Assembly: GCA_963693055.1 (NCBI GenBank)
Contig: OY843751.1
Coordinates: 6,336,001 to 6,400,000, forward strand
From: a bacterium
GTDB lineage: Bacteria; Zhuqueibacterota; Zhuqueibacteria; Residuimicrobiales; Krinioviventaceae
DNA length: 64,000 nucleotides
Direction of reading: 5' to 3'
The translations under genes and the position numbers were made by a program. Within the stretch, counting starts at the first letter, position 1; every line of letters begins with the position of its first letter. This document shows, piece after piece, positions 1-10,112 of this stretch. Under the pieces are notes generated by a model. It had not been told where the DNA came from. It saw only the letters and a program-made list of their open reading frames with translations, and did no database searches.

Positions 1-1127
1 AGGAATTCTTTACGCTTTGTAAAAAAGGATTTTAATTCTATAATTGAATCGTCAAATTCCTGATTTGTACATCTTTTAAAGGTGTCATTGTAAATATCTG
101 GTTGTATTCGAGTTACGTCATTGTCTATTTCAGAAAGCAGGTGCGAAAATTTTTCGTCAATGATGGATTGAACAGTATTCCAGAACATTATTTTGTATTT
201 TTCATGCTCTAACAGTCTTTGAAAGAGGAGCTGATTTTTTAAAGGGCTGTCATAATAAAATGTCTCATAATCTTGAATGTATTCACCTTTCCAGGAAAAA
301 CCCCAGGCTGCATCATTGTCCCATGGAAAGATCTCCCAAAGATCTGTTTTGGGATTTAAATAAAAGAACAAATTTTTTGTAAAACAATCATAACTGGATA
401 TTACAAATTCAATCGCAAAATAGTTGATAATATTTTCAACATTAACCATGTTTTCAATGTTGTTGACAAAATCCGTATTATTGTAATAATATAGCTTGTT
501 TAAAAGAGTTATCAGCTTTTGATAATCTTTTGGGTCACCAATTTTTTGTTCCCATGAGATGGGATATTCCCCAAAGTGACAAAGGGGAGCCATGTTGGCG
601 CTATGGTTTATAGCTTTAAACAAGCTGTTTTTTTGACGGTCATTATCTTTTAAAAAGTATTCATCAATGTTTTGTATACATAGGTATACGCCTCTAAATT
701 CATTATTAACATATAGTTTGATGTGTTTAGTTTTTGGAGCAGGAAAGCCCATGCTTTTATAAAGATTGTTTGTCAGGTGATTTCGAAGCATTGTGTTGTC
801 AATATATTCTGCGTTGAGATTTAACTTTTCACAATCAAAATCATTATTGTCACTAAACAAATCAATCTTCCAACTCTTTTTGGGATGGTTGCGAGAAGTT
901 GCACCTCTGTACCTGACCTGACATTCATAGACTTTATCATCGAAAGCAAGCTGAGCCGGATAATAAATATCATCGTATGGGTTTTTGTCAAGTGTATCAA
1001 GCGATTCCTGGTCAATAATTATATAATATTCTGGAAGCTCATCCGCATATAATAGCGAGATAAATAACATTATAAATAGTGTCATAAAAAAATATAATAA
1101 TTTGAAATTTTTGGGAAATTTTAACAT
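1..1127 (-). CDS. CotH kinase family secreted protein, truncated by the window edge (absent from the ORF track)
   Basis: Manual translation from ATG 1127: MLKFPKNFKLLYFFMTLFIMLFISLLYA signal, then VRYRGATSRNHPKKSWKI, LNAEYIDNTMLRN, LYVNNEFRGVYLCIQNIDEYF and WEIFPWDNDASLG, all typical CotH motifs. Confidence 0.85.
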   Translation of the reverse strand, partial: MLKFPKNFKLLYFFMTLFIMLFISLLYADELPEYYIIIDQESLDTLDKNPYDDIYYPAQLAFDDKVYECQVRYRGATSRNHPKKSWKIDLFSDNNDFDCEKLNLNAEYIDNTMLRNHLTNNLYKSMGFPAPKTKHIKLYVNNEFRGVYLCIQNIDEYFLKDNDRQKNSLFKAINHSANMAPLCHFGEYPISWEQKIGDPKDYQKLITLLNKLYYYNNTDFVNNIENMVNVENIINYFAIEFVISSYDCFTKNLFFYLNPKTDLWEIFPWDNDAAWGFSWKGEYIQDYETFYYDSPLKNQLLFQRLLEHEKYKIMFWNTVQSIIDEKFSHLLSEIDNDVTRIQPDIYNDTFKRCTNQEFDDSIIELKSFFTKRKEF

Positions 1128-1391
1128 TTTCCGCCCGGTGTATGATTTAATATTATTTTAACGAAATCAAAATAATATTAATTTTTTATAAATTATAAAA
1201 TTGCCGTGTATTTATAATACCTGTTCGCGCAAAAATTGTTCCAAGAATTTTATCAATTGGATAGAGAACAAGTAGGATAGAATAAGAATTAAGAAAACAC
1301 AAGTATTGAAATGAAAACGCTAGATTGCAAATCATTTGCGATGAGGGTGTTTGCCTGGGGTATGTTTTTAAAAAAGTATGAACGAACTTTT

Positions 1392-1919
1392 TTATTTTGT
1401 CAACAGCTCCATCATTTCCCGAATGATGGTTTTGCCACGATCTTTGGCATATTCTTTACGTAAGATCTGGTGTACGGTTTCTTTGCTGATTTCACCGGAT
1501 TTGATTTTGGGGCGATATTGTTCAAAAATCTCCTGAAAGGGTTTGGGGCGTGGACCCCAGTTGCCCAGTTCATTTAATTCTCCGTCGAAAAAAACAAACT
1601 TGGGGACGGCCCTGCCACCGTTGGTCAGGTAATTGTCCATGATGTCTGGGTGGTCATCCCGTTCCAGGATGCGAAGTTTTACATTTTCCAATCCTTCAAC
1701 CAGCTTGAATAGCACGGGTAATGTTGCAACCGAGTCTCCACACCAGGGTATGGTAAGTACCATAATGTTCAAGTCTCCGGCGTTTTGGATCAGATTACGG
1801 TCATCATCGTGAATTACGGTCTTATTGTAATGATGCTGATGCAGTTCAAGCTGCTCGGGATAGTTTTGCAGCATTTCGTTAAATGTATAGCCTTGCTCAA
1901 ACCGGGTTTTATCAATCAT
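1392..1919 (-). CDS. Thioredoxin-like protein (Thioredoxin_9 type)
   Basis: WCGDS motif, RD..PDIMDNYLTNGGRAVPKF, WGPRP; ATG 1919 is the likely start (the track extends it to 1982). Confidence 0.85.
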   Translation of the reverse strand: MIDKTRFEQGYTFNEMLQNYPEQLELHQHHYNKTVIHDDDRNLIQNAGDLNIMVLTIPWCGDSVATLPVLFKLVEGLENVKLRILERDDHPDIMDNYLTNGGRAVPKFVFFDGELNELGNWGPRPKPFQEIFEQYRPKIKSGEISKETVHQILRKEYAKDRGKTIIREMMELLTK

Positions 1920-2070
1920 GTTCTGTCCATTTTTTGTAGTTTTATCTATTAATTTGATGAGATACCTGCTTGCAGGATTCAAAATAGATGCTGTAAATTT
2001 ATATTAATTTAACTTGACATTTTTGTGGTTAATGAATACAATTAAAGAGAAACCAATTTCTGGGGTGTTT

Positions 2071-2859
2071 ATGCAAATTATTGATTTATCAGAAGCACAT
2101 CAACCGCTTTATTTTGTCTGTCTGGAGGACTGGTCGGACGAGATTAGAGATGCGGCTGACCACAAGAAAAACTGGTATCATACCATGAAAGACCGGGGAT
2201 TACGGGTTAAATTGGCAGTGGATGATTCCGGTGAGGTGGGCGGCATGATCCAATATCTGCCCATTGAGGAATCATTTGCCGAGGGAAAAGATTTATACAT
2301 GGTTCTTTGTATCTGGGTGCATGGGTATAAAAAAGGACGTGGAAATTTTCAAAAGCAGGGAATGGGCAAAGCTTTGATTCAAGCAGCAGAAGCTGATGTT
2401 AAAGAACTAGGCGCAAAAGGCCTTGCTGCGTGGGGGGTGGCTATACCGGCATGGATGAAAGCAAGCTGGTTTAAAAAGCAGGGCTATGTCAAAACAGACA
2501 AGCTTGGAGTTCAGGTCCTTTTATGGAAAGCGTTTGACGATAGCGCAGAACCTCCGAAATGGATTCCTCCGAATCGGAAACGGATAACAAATACTGATAG
2601 TCCCGAGATTACCCTTTTTAAAAATGGTTGGTGTCCTGCGTTTAATATGGTTTATGAGCGAACACGGAACATTGCCTCAGAGTATGGAGATATGATACGT
2701 TTGCATGAGATTAATACAACAGATCGCAATACCTTTTGGGAATGGGGCATCTCGGATGGTATTTTTATAAATGGAAAAGAACTGCGTACGGGGCCGCCAC
2801 CCTCTGAAAAAAAGATCAGGAAAAAAATTGCAAAAGCAGTTAAAAAATATAAAAATTAA
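2071..2859 (+). CDS. GNAT N-acetyltransferase with C-terminal thioredoxin-like (YoaP-like) domain
   Basis: Acetyl-CoA motif QKQGMGKALI; C-terminal GWCP and IFINGK.GPP. Confidence 0.75.
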   Translation: MQIIDLSEAHQPLYFVCLEDWSDEIRDAADHKKNWYHTMKDRGLRVKLAVDDSGEVGGMIQYLPIEESFAEGKDLYMVLCIWVHGYKKGRGNFQKQGMGKALIQAAEADVKELGAKGLAAWGVAIPAWMKASWFKKQGYVKTDKLGVQVLLWKAFDDSAEPPKWIPPNRKRITNTDSPEITLFKNGWCPAFNMVYERTRNIASEYGDMIRLHEINTTDRNTFWEWGISDGIFINGKELRTGPPPSEKKIRKKIAKAVKKYKN

Positions 2860-2862
2860 GAA

Positions 2863-3870
2863 TCAGGAATTGGCTACCCTGTTGATCTCGTCGTAATGTC
2901 CTTGTGGGTGCAGTTCTTTGGATTTTACATTTTTTTCGTTCACCAGAAAGGCCCTGATCTCTGCGCAAAGCTCGCATTTTGCTACATAGGCATTGTGTTT
3001 TGCTTTGAATCCATATTCTGATTCCGCAAAGGTCAACAGTCCGTTGATTCCATTGTTGTATAATAAAGTAATTAGTGGATAGTCTTGCGGATTCAGTTCT
3101 GATCCCAGATCGCTGGCCTGGATGCCCAAGCCTGTGCAGAGTCCGGGAATGTAATAGCCATACAGATCCACATGGAAGTGACCGGTTTCAGTCAACTCTT
3201 GACAACCGTGATTGCTGTTGCGTAATCGTTCCAGCGGAATCCGTCTGCTGCTGAACGTACGCAGCAGATCAAGCGTTCGGCCGCCGGTAGAGAGCCAATA
3301 GCGGTTTAAAACGCTCTGCGGCCATTGGTCGCCAAACAGGTCAATATATTCCTGCATTTTGTGTTTTCTGTCATCTGGCAGCTTGTCCAGTTCGTCATAA
3401 AAATCGCTGATCCAGGGAAAGATGTTCATACCGGTTTGGTGACAGGCGCGTATAACGCCTTTAACTTTGGCAAGGGGAATATATTCAACATGAAAAGGAC
3501 TGATGGAAACCAGCAGCGTATTCAGTCCATGCGCACGTAAATCGCGTAGCATATCCAGCGCTGAGAGATGATCATGAAACCATGACGAATTGGTTTCCAC
3601 GTATTCAATCGATACACCCAGTTCATTTGCGGCATCCAGCACATTGATTAGCTTGTTGGGGTTAAGCATGGGTTCTCCACCACCAATGTGCAAAGAGTGG
3701 CAACCCAGGGATATTACCGTTTCCAGGTTACTTTTTACAGTATCAGTTGAGATATAGTCATTGTCCCACCGCGGGCTGCAGCGATATAAACAGTGTCTGC
3801 ATATTGAAGAACAGTTGTAGTTTGTGATCAGGCCACCGGAGATCAATCGGCTGATTTTTAAAGGCTGCAT
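2863..3870 (-). CDS. Radical SAM protein
   Basis: CSSICRHC (CxxxCxxC), GGGEP, ETN; further Cys including a C-terminal CELC. Confidence 0.9.
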   Translation of the reverse strand: MQPLKISRLISGGLITNYNCSSICRHCLYRCSPRWDNDYISTDTVKSNLETVISLGCHSLHIGGGEPMLNPNKLINVLDAANELGVSIEYVETNSSWFHDHLSALDMLRDLRAHGLNTLLVSISPFHVEYIPLAKVKGVIRACHQTGMNIFPWISDFYDELDKLPDDRKHKMQEYIDLFGDQWPQSVLNRYWLSTGGRTLDLLRTFSSRRIPLERLRNSNHGCQELTETGHFHVDLYGYYIPGLCTGLGIQASDLGSELNPQDYPLITLLYNNGINGLLTFAESEYGFKAKHNAYVAKCELCAEIRAFLVNEKNVKSKELHPQGHYDEINRVANS

Positions 3871-3996
3871 AAAATTTTCCTGTTGGGTTTCTATAATAAT
3901 ACGGAAAACCACAAATAAATGCAAACGTTCTAACAAGAAAACGTTTGCTGTTTGGTTGATAATTCTTATTTTAAATTATAACACATTGGGGATATC

Positions 3997-5007
3997 ATGG
4001 TGAAAAAGTTATTAATACTAATCGTTTTTATATCTTTACTATCCTGTTGGAAAAAACAGGACCATGATGTTACACGACCATTGATACCCAGTTACCGGTT
4101 CAGCGGTCAAACTATCGATATTGACAGTGGTGAAATTTTGTCTGGTGTGTCCATACAGATCCGGCAGGTGCATATGCTCTATGAAGTGACCTTTGGCACC
4201 CAGGTTGTTGAATCTGACAGTAATGGAAATTTCGAGTTTGACCCCATCTATCCGGGGACATATTATATTGATTACCAGATTGGGGATTACTGGATTGATG
4301 CCTGGGACAAGCTGGAAATTGCACACAAAGATTCTGCAGTTGTTATAGAAATCCCCAAAATCTTTATGTGTAATGTGTTCAGCACCTCATCCATGTCAAC
4401 GCATCCGGCAATTGCCAGTAATGGTTCACGCCTGGTCAGTAACGAAATGTGGATGGGTGCTTTGACCGGTCAGGAGCCATTGGTGAATGCTGAACTGCTA
4501 CGGAAATACAAGTATAATGTAAATCATTGGGAATTTGAATATTATTTCATGTCCCCGTTTAATAAAAAGAACGTAACGGGAATGACCTATCACCGGGAGG
4601 TTGTACTGGCATGCGTGGGACCGGATTCTTTATATCAATTGGATCTGAATCATTTTACCGTGCAGAGAGCCCATAAAATGACTCAAAATATTAAGGGGCT
4701 CTGTTTAAATATAGCGGATGGACATGTATATTCCTGTTCACAGAATTCAATTTTTAGGCACGATAAAACGGATTTTTCAAATATAACCGAACAGTACACG
4801 ATTGAGGCGAATAATTTACGTGCTATGGCTTATTACAAGGGGATGTATTGTTATGATAATGATCGTTACATTTTACGTAAATTTGATGCAGATATGAACA
4901 CAACAGCATCTTATGTATTGATACGTAAAAGTACAGACCAGCAAGTCAAAAAAGTGTATGATATGACCTTTAGCGGTTATGGGGATTTGTGGGTAACAGA
5001 GCCTTGA
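3997..5007 (+). CDS. Lipoprotein with carboxypeptidase-regulatory-like domain and probable beta-propeller
   Basis: Lipobox LLSC; SGQTIDIDSGEILSGVSI..SDSNGNFEF..IYPGTY. Confidence 0.6.
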   Translation: MVKKLLILIVFISLLSCWKKQDHDVTRPLIPSYRFSGQTIDIDSGEILSGVSIQIRQVHMLYEVTFGTQVVESDSNGNFEFDPIYPGTYYIDYQIGDYWIDAWDKLEIAHKDSAVVIEIPKIFMCNVFSTSSMSTHPAIASNGSRLVSNEMWMGALTGQEPLVNAELLRKYKYNVNHWEFEYYFMSPFNKKNVTGMTYHREVVLACVGPDSLYQLDLNHFTVQRAHKMTQNIKGLCLNIADGHVYSCSQNSIFRHDKTDFSNITEQYTIEANNLRAMAYYKGMYCYDNDRYILRKFDADMNTTASYVLIRKSTDQQVKKVYDMTFSGYGDLWVTEP

Positions 5008-5064
5008 TATCATCGAGTGAAATTTTAGCTCTCAAAGAATTAAGGCTGTATAAGAGAGTTTGAT

Positions 5065-5307
5065 TTATTTTTTATTGATGAGTCCGAGCAGCCACAATAG
5101 CACAACAGCACCTATGGTTGCCATGATAATAGAACCGAGAACACCATAAGCTGCTAATCCCAGTGCATTGAACAGAAATCCTCCAATGACCGCACCGAGT
5201 ACACCTACAATCAGGTTTCCCAGTAATTTACGTTTTTTATCCTTCATGATCTGACCGGCAAGCCATCCCGCGATCAGTCCCACAAGCAGAAATACGACTA
5301 TATTCAT
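5065..5307 (-). CDS. GlsB/YeaQ/YmgE stress-response membrane protein (transglycosylase-associated)
   Basis: GLIAGWLAG..LIVGVLGAVIGG..ATIGAVVLL; GGAGG RBS. Confidence 0.9.
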   Translation of the reverse strand: MNIVVFLLVGLIAGWLAGQIMKDKKRKLLGNLIVGVLGAVIGGFLFNALGLAAYGVLGSIIMATIGAVVLLWLLGLINKK

Positions 5308-5388
5308 GTTAGCCTCCAAATTGTATATATCAGAAAACAGAGCTAGTGGTGAAATTATTCATATAATTGATTATTAAAAAACATCTTT

Positions 5389-5652
5389 TCAGTCATCAAG
5401 AAACAAGTCGTTTGTATATCTGAAAATTTTGATCATGTCTTGTTTGTAAGGAGTTTCGGCAAATATTTTATTTGCCATGAGGATGGTTTTCCAGTCCTGT
5501 TCCGAGAGGTTGTCGAGTTTGATTTTACGCAGTTGCGAGATAACCGCAACAATTTCGAGCTGTTTTTCCATGGGATATTCAGACACCTTGTCTTGAATGT
5601 ATTCCAGATAATTTCTTACGGTCTGGTCAAAAAAATTCTGGTCAATTTTCAT
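5389..5652 (-). CDS. Hypothetical 87-aa protein downstream of the SNF2 gene
   Basis: ATG with AGG RBS, 14 nt after the SNF2 stop. Confidence 0.6.
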   Translation of the reverse strand: MKIDQNFFDQTVRNYLEYIQDKVSEYPMEKQLEIVAVISQLRKIKLDNLSEQDWKTILMANKIFAETPYKQDMIKIFRYTNDLFLDD

Positions 5653-5666
5653 GGAGCGCTCCTTTA

Positions 5667-8600
5667 TCAGGCAAACAGCATTTCCACGTTTTCCCGTGTC
5701 AGGCTTTTGAAAAATCCGGAATCTGTGGTGATGAGGTCAGATACCAGTTTTTTCTTTTTATCCTGCAGGGTCAGCATTTTTTCTTCTACACTTTCTTTGG
5801 TAATCAGGCGATAGACGAAAACTTTTTTCTCCTGCCCTATACGGTGCGCGCGGTCTGTGGCTTGAACCTCAACTGCGGGGTTCCACCAAGGATCATAATG
5901 GATGACATAATCGGCTTCGGTCAGATTGAGACCGGTTCCACCGGCTTTGAGACTGATTAAAAAGATCTTTATGTTTTTGTCATTTTGAAAACGCTCTACA
6001 CATTCCTGTCTGTTGCGGGTGTTACCATCGAGATAGACGTAGGGAATGCCAACCTCGTCGAGGTGTGCCTGTAATAATTTTAACATACGTACAAACTGTG
6101 AAAACAGCAGAATCTTGTGGTCTTCGGCAATGATTTCTTCAATGGATTCTTTCAGGTATTCAAATTTACCCGAGTCTTCATTTACATTATTGTCTATCAA
6201 ATGCGGATGGCAGGCTATCTGACGCAGTTTGACCAAGCCTTCCAGTATGTTCATGCGGGCTTTGTCTATACCTACGGTGTCAATTTTTTCAAGAATCATT
6301 GAGCGATAGTAATTTTTCCAATATTGATATAATTGCTGCTGTTCAGGATTCATAGAACAAAAGACAGTTTGCTCAATTTTGGGCGGCAGTTCTGTTGCTA
6401 CATTCTCTTTGGTCCGTCTGAGGATGAATGGATAGATCAATTGCTTTAACAGTGCTGCTGTTTCAGTGTCCTGCTTTTTTTCTATGGGATTGGTAAAGAA
6501 TGACTTGAAATATGGCAATGGACCCAAAAGTCCCGGATTTAGAAATGAGAACTGTGACCACAATTCAATGGTATTGTTTTCAACCGGTGTACCGGTAAGA
6601 ACCAGTTTGTATCTGCTGTTTAAAATACGGACCGCTTTGGCGGTTTGAGATTGTGGATTTTTAATTTTTTGAGATTCATCCAGTACGATATAATGGAAAT
6701 CCAGATCCCTGAGAAAGGTAACATCGCGTCTCATAATGCCATAACTGGTCAAAATGATATCATATTCTTCAAAGCCGTCAATGTTGCGTTGGCGGTAGTT
6801 CCCGGTATGAACCAATACATTGAGCTCTGGGGTGAATTTTTTAATTTCCTGTTCCCAGTTAAACACGACCGATGTGGGGCATACAATCAAGCTGGATTTG
6901 TTATTGCCAAGTTTTTTTTCTTTCAACAATAAAGAAAGGGTTTGCAGGGTTTTTCCAAGACCCATATCATCGGCAAGGCAGCCGCCAAAGTTATATTCTT
7001 TTAAAAAGTAAAGCCAGTCAAAACCCGCTTTTTGATAGTCCCGCATAACACTGTTCAAGCTTGTTGGTAATTCCTGCTGTTCAATGCCTTTAAATCCTTG
7101 AAGGCGTTCGAGGTTGAAATTATATTCTTCGTCTACTATTTTACCTTCGGCATCTTCAAAAAGAGAGTCTATGAGGGTTACATGATATTTTGCAACCTGT
7201 ATCTCCTGGTCATCTGAATGACTGAAATTGAACAGATGTTTAAATTTCTTGAACCACTCTTCCGGGAGTTTGGCTATGCTATTGTCTTCAAGCCTTACAT
7301 ATTTTTTGTTCTGCTTGACCGCGCGTCGTAGTTCAGAAAGGGCCAGGGAAACGCCTTCAATATCAATTTCGATATTGAGGTCAAACCAGTCGATCTTTGT
7401 TGTTACTGCCATGCGCACGTTAGGTTCGCCAGTGCGGATTCTGAAATTTTCCAGCTCGTCAATTCCATCAAGCACAAAACCTTTTTCGCGTAAATGGGGA
7501 ATGTTTTTAAACATCCATTTCAATACTTTAGAGTTGATCAATCTGAGCGGGCCACGCGGCGAGGTTTTTAATCCGGATTTGAGCAGTGATTCAAGGATTC
7601 TGTTTTCATTTTTTATATCCCGGCTGATGAGTGTTACAGTTTCATCTTCTTTCCGAAAGATATTGAATTGAGATTCATTAGGGTCTATCAGGTGGCCCCC
7701 GTAATTGAATGAGGGGGTGATTTCCAGATAATCTTCGGTCTCTTTCAAAGTTAAGACACAGTTACTGATCGAGTTTTGATGCTTAACCGGAACAGAGTCT
7801 GGCAGTGGGATAGAAGAAAATAATGACAATTGTGGATAGATGTTTTCCAGAAAATCCGGAAATTCTGATTTGGGTATCTGTAGATCAATAGCATCTTTGC
7901 TAAAGGGGAGAAGCAGGCCGGAATATTCCTGATTGTCGATTTTGTAAATTTTATTTTTTCTAATAATCCAAACCGGTTGTTCAGACAGGATGTGATATTC
8001 GGGGTTTAGTTTTTCAACTTTTTGTCCACGTGAGATAACCGGACTCAGGCTGTAATGCTCATTGGTGTTTTCAAATTCAAAGTGAATTGAGCAGGTTTTG
8101 CCAAATTCAATTGGACTTGTGTTATCATTTGTTTTTAATAACAGGGTGCTGTTTTGTAAAAAATCAAAAAGCGGTCCCAGTTTGCTGCCATATTTAAAAT
8201 GAAAGCTCGATATGTCATAGTCGTGATTATTGCCATAGTATCTGTAATTATAAAACGAATTTTGCTGCTGCTCTAATTTTTGTAGATATGATATGATAAT
8301 GGGATCATTTTCGGCATATAATAGTTCTTTAGAGTTTGGATCAAATTCGCCAATGTTGGCAAAACGGCCAATACTGCCATCTTTTTTTACATACGCTTTT
8401 TGGGGGGTTAAAGACCAGGATTCATTATCAAACTGGATAATAAAGACAATTTTCCATTTCTGCATGGAATTGTCTTCGTTGTTTGGTAAGGAATAGATTT
8501 GAGATTCTATTACCTGATCAAAAAAAGACTTCCATTGTGGCTGCGATTGAAGTTGTATTAGATTTTCCTGATTCTCATTGTACCAGGTTTTTGCCTCAAG

Positions 8601-8837
8601 TAGCGCGGCAATCACATGCTCACAGGTTCCCCAGCTGGGGCACGTACAGCTTGAATAGAATTTTCCGTTTTCCTGTTCAACCTGAACATTATGTGTTTCA
8701 TCATTTTCGACGGTTGCTTTGAATTGTACAAGACCTGTTTCAAGCAGTTCAACCTTGCTTTGCTTGTATAGGCGCACTCCTTTTTTGTATACAGAATCGT
8801 TAGCGTAAGCTTTAATATTTTCTAATGTTATATTCAT
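5667..8837 (-). CDS. SWIM zinc-finger SNF2-family helicase/ATPase
   Basis: SWIM CTCPSWGTCEH; LADDMGLGKT, DESQ, LTGTPVEN, SLKAGGTGLNL, DPWWNPAVE.QATDRAHRIGQ. Confidence 0.95.
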   Translation of the reverse strand: MNITLENIKAYANDSVYKKGVRLYKQSKVELLETGLVQFKATVENDETHNVQVEQENGKFYSSCTCPSWGTCEHVIAALLEAKTWYNENQENLIQLQSQPQWKSFFDQVIESQIYSLPNNEDNSMQKWKIVFIIQFDNESWSLTPQKAYVKKDGSIGRFANIGEFDPNSKELLYAENDPIIISYLQKLEQQQNSFYNYRYYGNNHDYDISSFHFKYGSKLGPLFDFLQNSTLLLKTNDNTSPIEFGKTCSIHFEFENTNEHYSLSPVISRGQKVEKLNPEYHILSEQPVWIIRKNKIYKIDNQEYSGLLLPFSKDAIDLQIPKSEFPDFLENIYPQLSLFSSIPLPDSVPVKHQNSISNCVLTLKETEDYLEITPSFNYGGHLIDPNESQFNIFRKEDETVTLISRDIKNENRILESLLKSGLKTSPRGPLRLINSKVLKWMFKNIPHLREKGFVLDGIDELENFRIRTGEPNVRMAVTTKIDWFDLNIEIDIEGVSLALSELRRAVKQNKKYVRLEDNSIAKLPEEWFKKFKHLFNFSHSDDQEIQVAKYHVTLIDSLFEDAEGKIVDEEYNFNLERLQGFKGIEQQELPTSLNSVMRDYQKAGFDWLYFLKEYNFGGCLADDMGLGKTLQTLSLLLKEKKLGNNKSSLIVCPTSVVFNWEQEIKKFTPELNVLVHTGNYRQRNIDGFEEYDIILTSYGIMRRDVTFLRDLDFHYIVLDESQKIKNPQSQTAKAVRILNSRYKLVLTGTPVENNTIELWSQFSFLNPGLLGPLPYFKSFFTNPIEKKQDTETAALLKQLIYPFILRRTKENVATELPPKIEQTVFCSMNPEQQQLYQYWKNYYRSMILEKIDTVGIDKARMNILEGLVKLRQIACHPHLIDNNVNEDSGKFEYLKESIEEIIAEDHKILLFSQFVRMLKLLQAHLDEVGIPYVYLDGNTRNRQECVERFQNDKNIKIFLISLKAGGTGLNLTEADYVIHYDPWWNPAVEVQATDRAHRIGQEKKVFVYRLITKESVEEKMLTLQDKKKKLVSDLITTDSGFFKSLTRENVEMLFA

Positions 8838-8969
8838 CAACTGATATCATAATAATACAAAAAAGACTAAACTTTATGGTACAGTTTGTTTTGCTAAAAA
8901 TCAAGGATTTTATTTTTTGTAAAGGTTAGTTCACACCAAATTACAGACCCCATGGTAATTTTTGGGCAT

Positions 8970-9899
8970 TTATTTTGTAATGATCATCTTTTTGACTTGT
9001 TTAAATCCCGGAGCAGACATTTTGTAAAAATAAACGCCCGATGCAACTTTGATATGGTTGTCATTAAGTCCAGACCACGATACTGCATGTGTGCCTGCTG
9101 GTTTTTCAGCATCTACCAGAGTGGCTACATGTTTACCCTGCAGGTTAAATATTGAAATATGTACCGGTGAAGCTTCTGGCAACGCATACATGATGGTTGT
9201 TACAGGATTAAATGGATTGGGGTAATTTTGAGCCACAAGAAAAGTTTCGGGTAATCCTTTGTCTACCAGGATTTCCTGCGGGCCAAATATTTGTGTGGTG
9301 CCATCAATATTCAGACATAATAATTTATAGTAATATGTTTTAAACAGTTCCGGTTTTTCATCGATAAAAGAGTATTGTTTTAACGTTGTACTGTTACTGC
9401 TTTGTATTATATGGGTGTTTATTTTTTTATAGCTACCATCTTTGGTTTCTGAACGTAGTACATTGTATCCCAACATATCCTGTTCGCTATGTACATTCCA
9501 TTCGACTTGAACTTTACCTTCAAGCAGTTCCAGCTCAAACGAAGAAAGCTCAACCGGCAACGTATGTTCTTCACCCAGGGGTGATTCGTTACCGAATTCG
9601 TCAACTGCAGTTACAGTATAATAGAGAGTTACTTCAGGATCCAATAGCCGGTCATCGTAATGTACAAACGCTGCATTGGTTGTTGTGCCCACAATTTCAG
9701 ATTGTAGTGGGGGATAAGAAAGAGTCTCCTGGCAATAGATATAATAATATATAGTTCCGGTTTCCGGGTCACCGTTTATATCTGTAGTTACCGGGTCCCA
9801 GATAATTGTAGAAAAGCCATTGCCCTCACTTTTAGCTATAACAAGTGAAGCTGTAATTAATAAAAAGAAAATTATAATATGTATATATGCTCTCATCAT
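8970..9899 (-). CDS. Secreted FN3-like protein with T9SS/FlgD-like C-terminal domain
   Basis: Signal peptide, YYTVTAVD.GNES, TLPVELSSF, QNYPNPFNP..SGVYFY. Confidence 0.8.
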   Translation of the reverse strand: MMRAYIHIIIFFLLITASLVIAKSEGNGFSTIIWDPVTTDINGDPETGTIYYYIYCQETLSYPPLQSEIVGTTTNAAFVHYDDRLLDPEVTLYYTVTAVDEFGNESPLGEEHTLPVELSSFELELLEGKVQVEWNVHSEQDMLGYNVLRSETKDGSYKKINTHIIQSSNSTTLKQYSFIDEKPELFKTYYYKLLCLNIDGTTQIFGPQEILVDKGLPETFLVAQNYPNPFNPVTTIMYALPEASPVHISIFNLQGKHVATLVDAEKPAGTHAVSWSGLNDNHIKVASGVYFYKMSAPGFKQVKKMIITK

Positions 9900-9937
9900 A
9901 CTTCCATGAAATTGATCTACTATATCAAAAAATAATA

Positions 9938-9953
9938 AGCAAATTTCAGGCCG
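9938..9953 (-). promoter_or_regulatory. Candidate sigma54 (-24/-12) promoter
   Basis: Minus strand CGGCCTGAAATTTGCT = GG-N10-GC with TTGCT, about 40 nt upstream of the ATG at 9899. Confidence 0.45.
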
Positions 9954-10112
9954 AAATCGAACTGTTTTTGTTTGTTGTTTTTTATGGACTTGCCCTTGTT
10001 TTGTTGCCGTTGCCTTTCCTGATGTGTATTTTATGAAACAATTTTTGTGTACAATTGTATCATATATATAAAAAAATCTTGTTATTGCAGCATTTTATCA
10101 ATAATTTTGTTC

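Noticed and set aside
5389-8840. SNF2 helicase as an anti-phage defence system
   Set aside because: It has the ordinary SWIM-SNF2 architecture with no adjacent methylase, nuclease or other defence genes.
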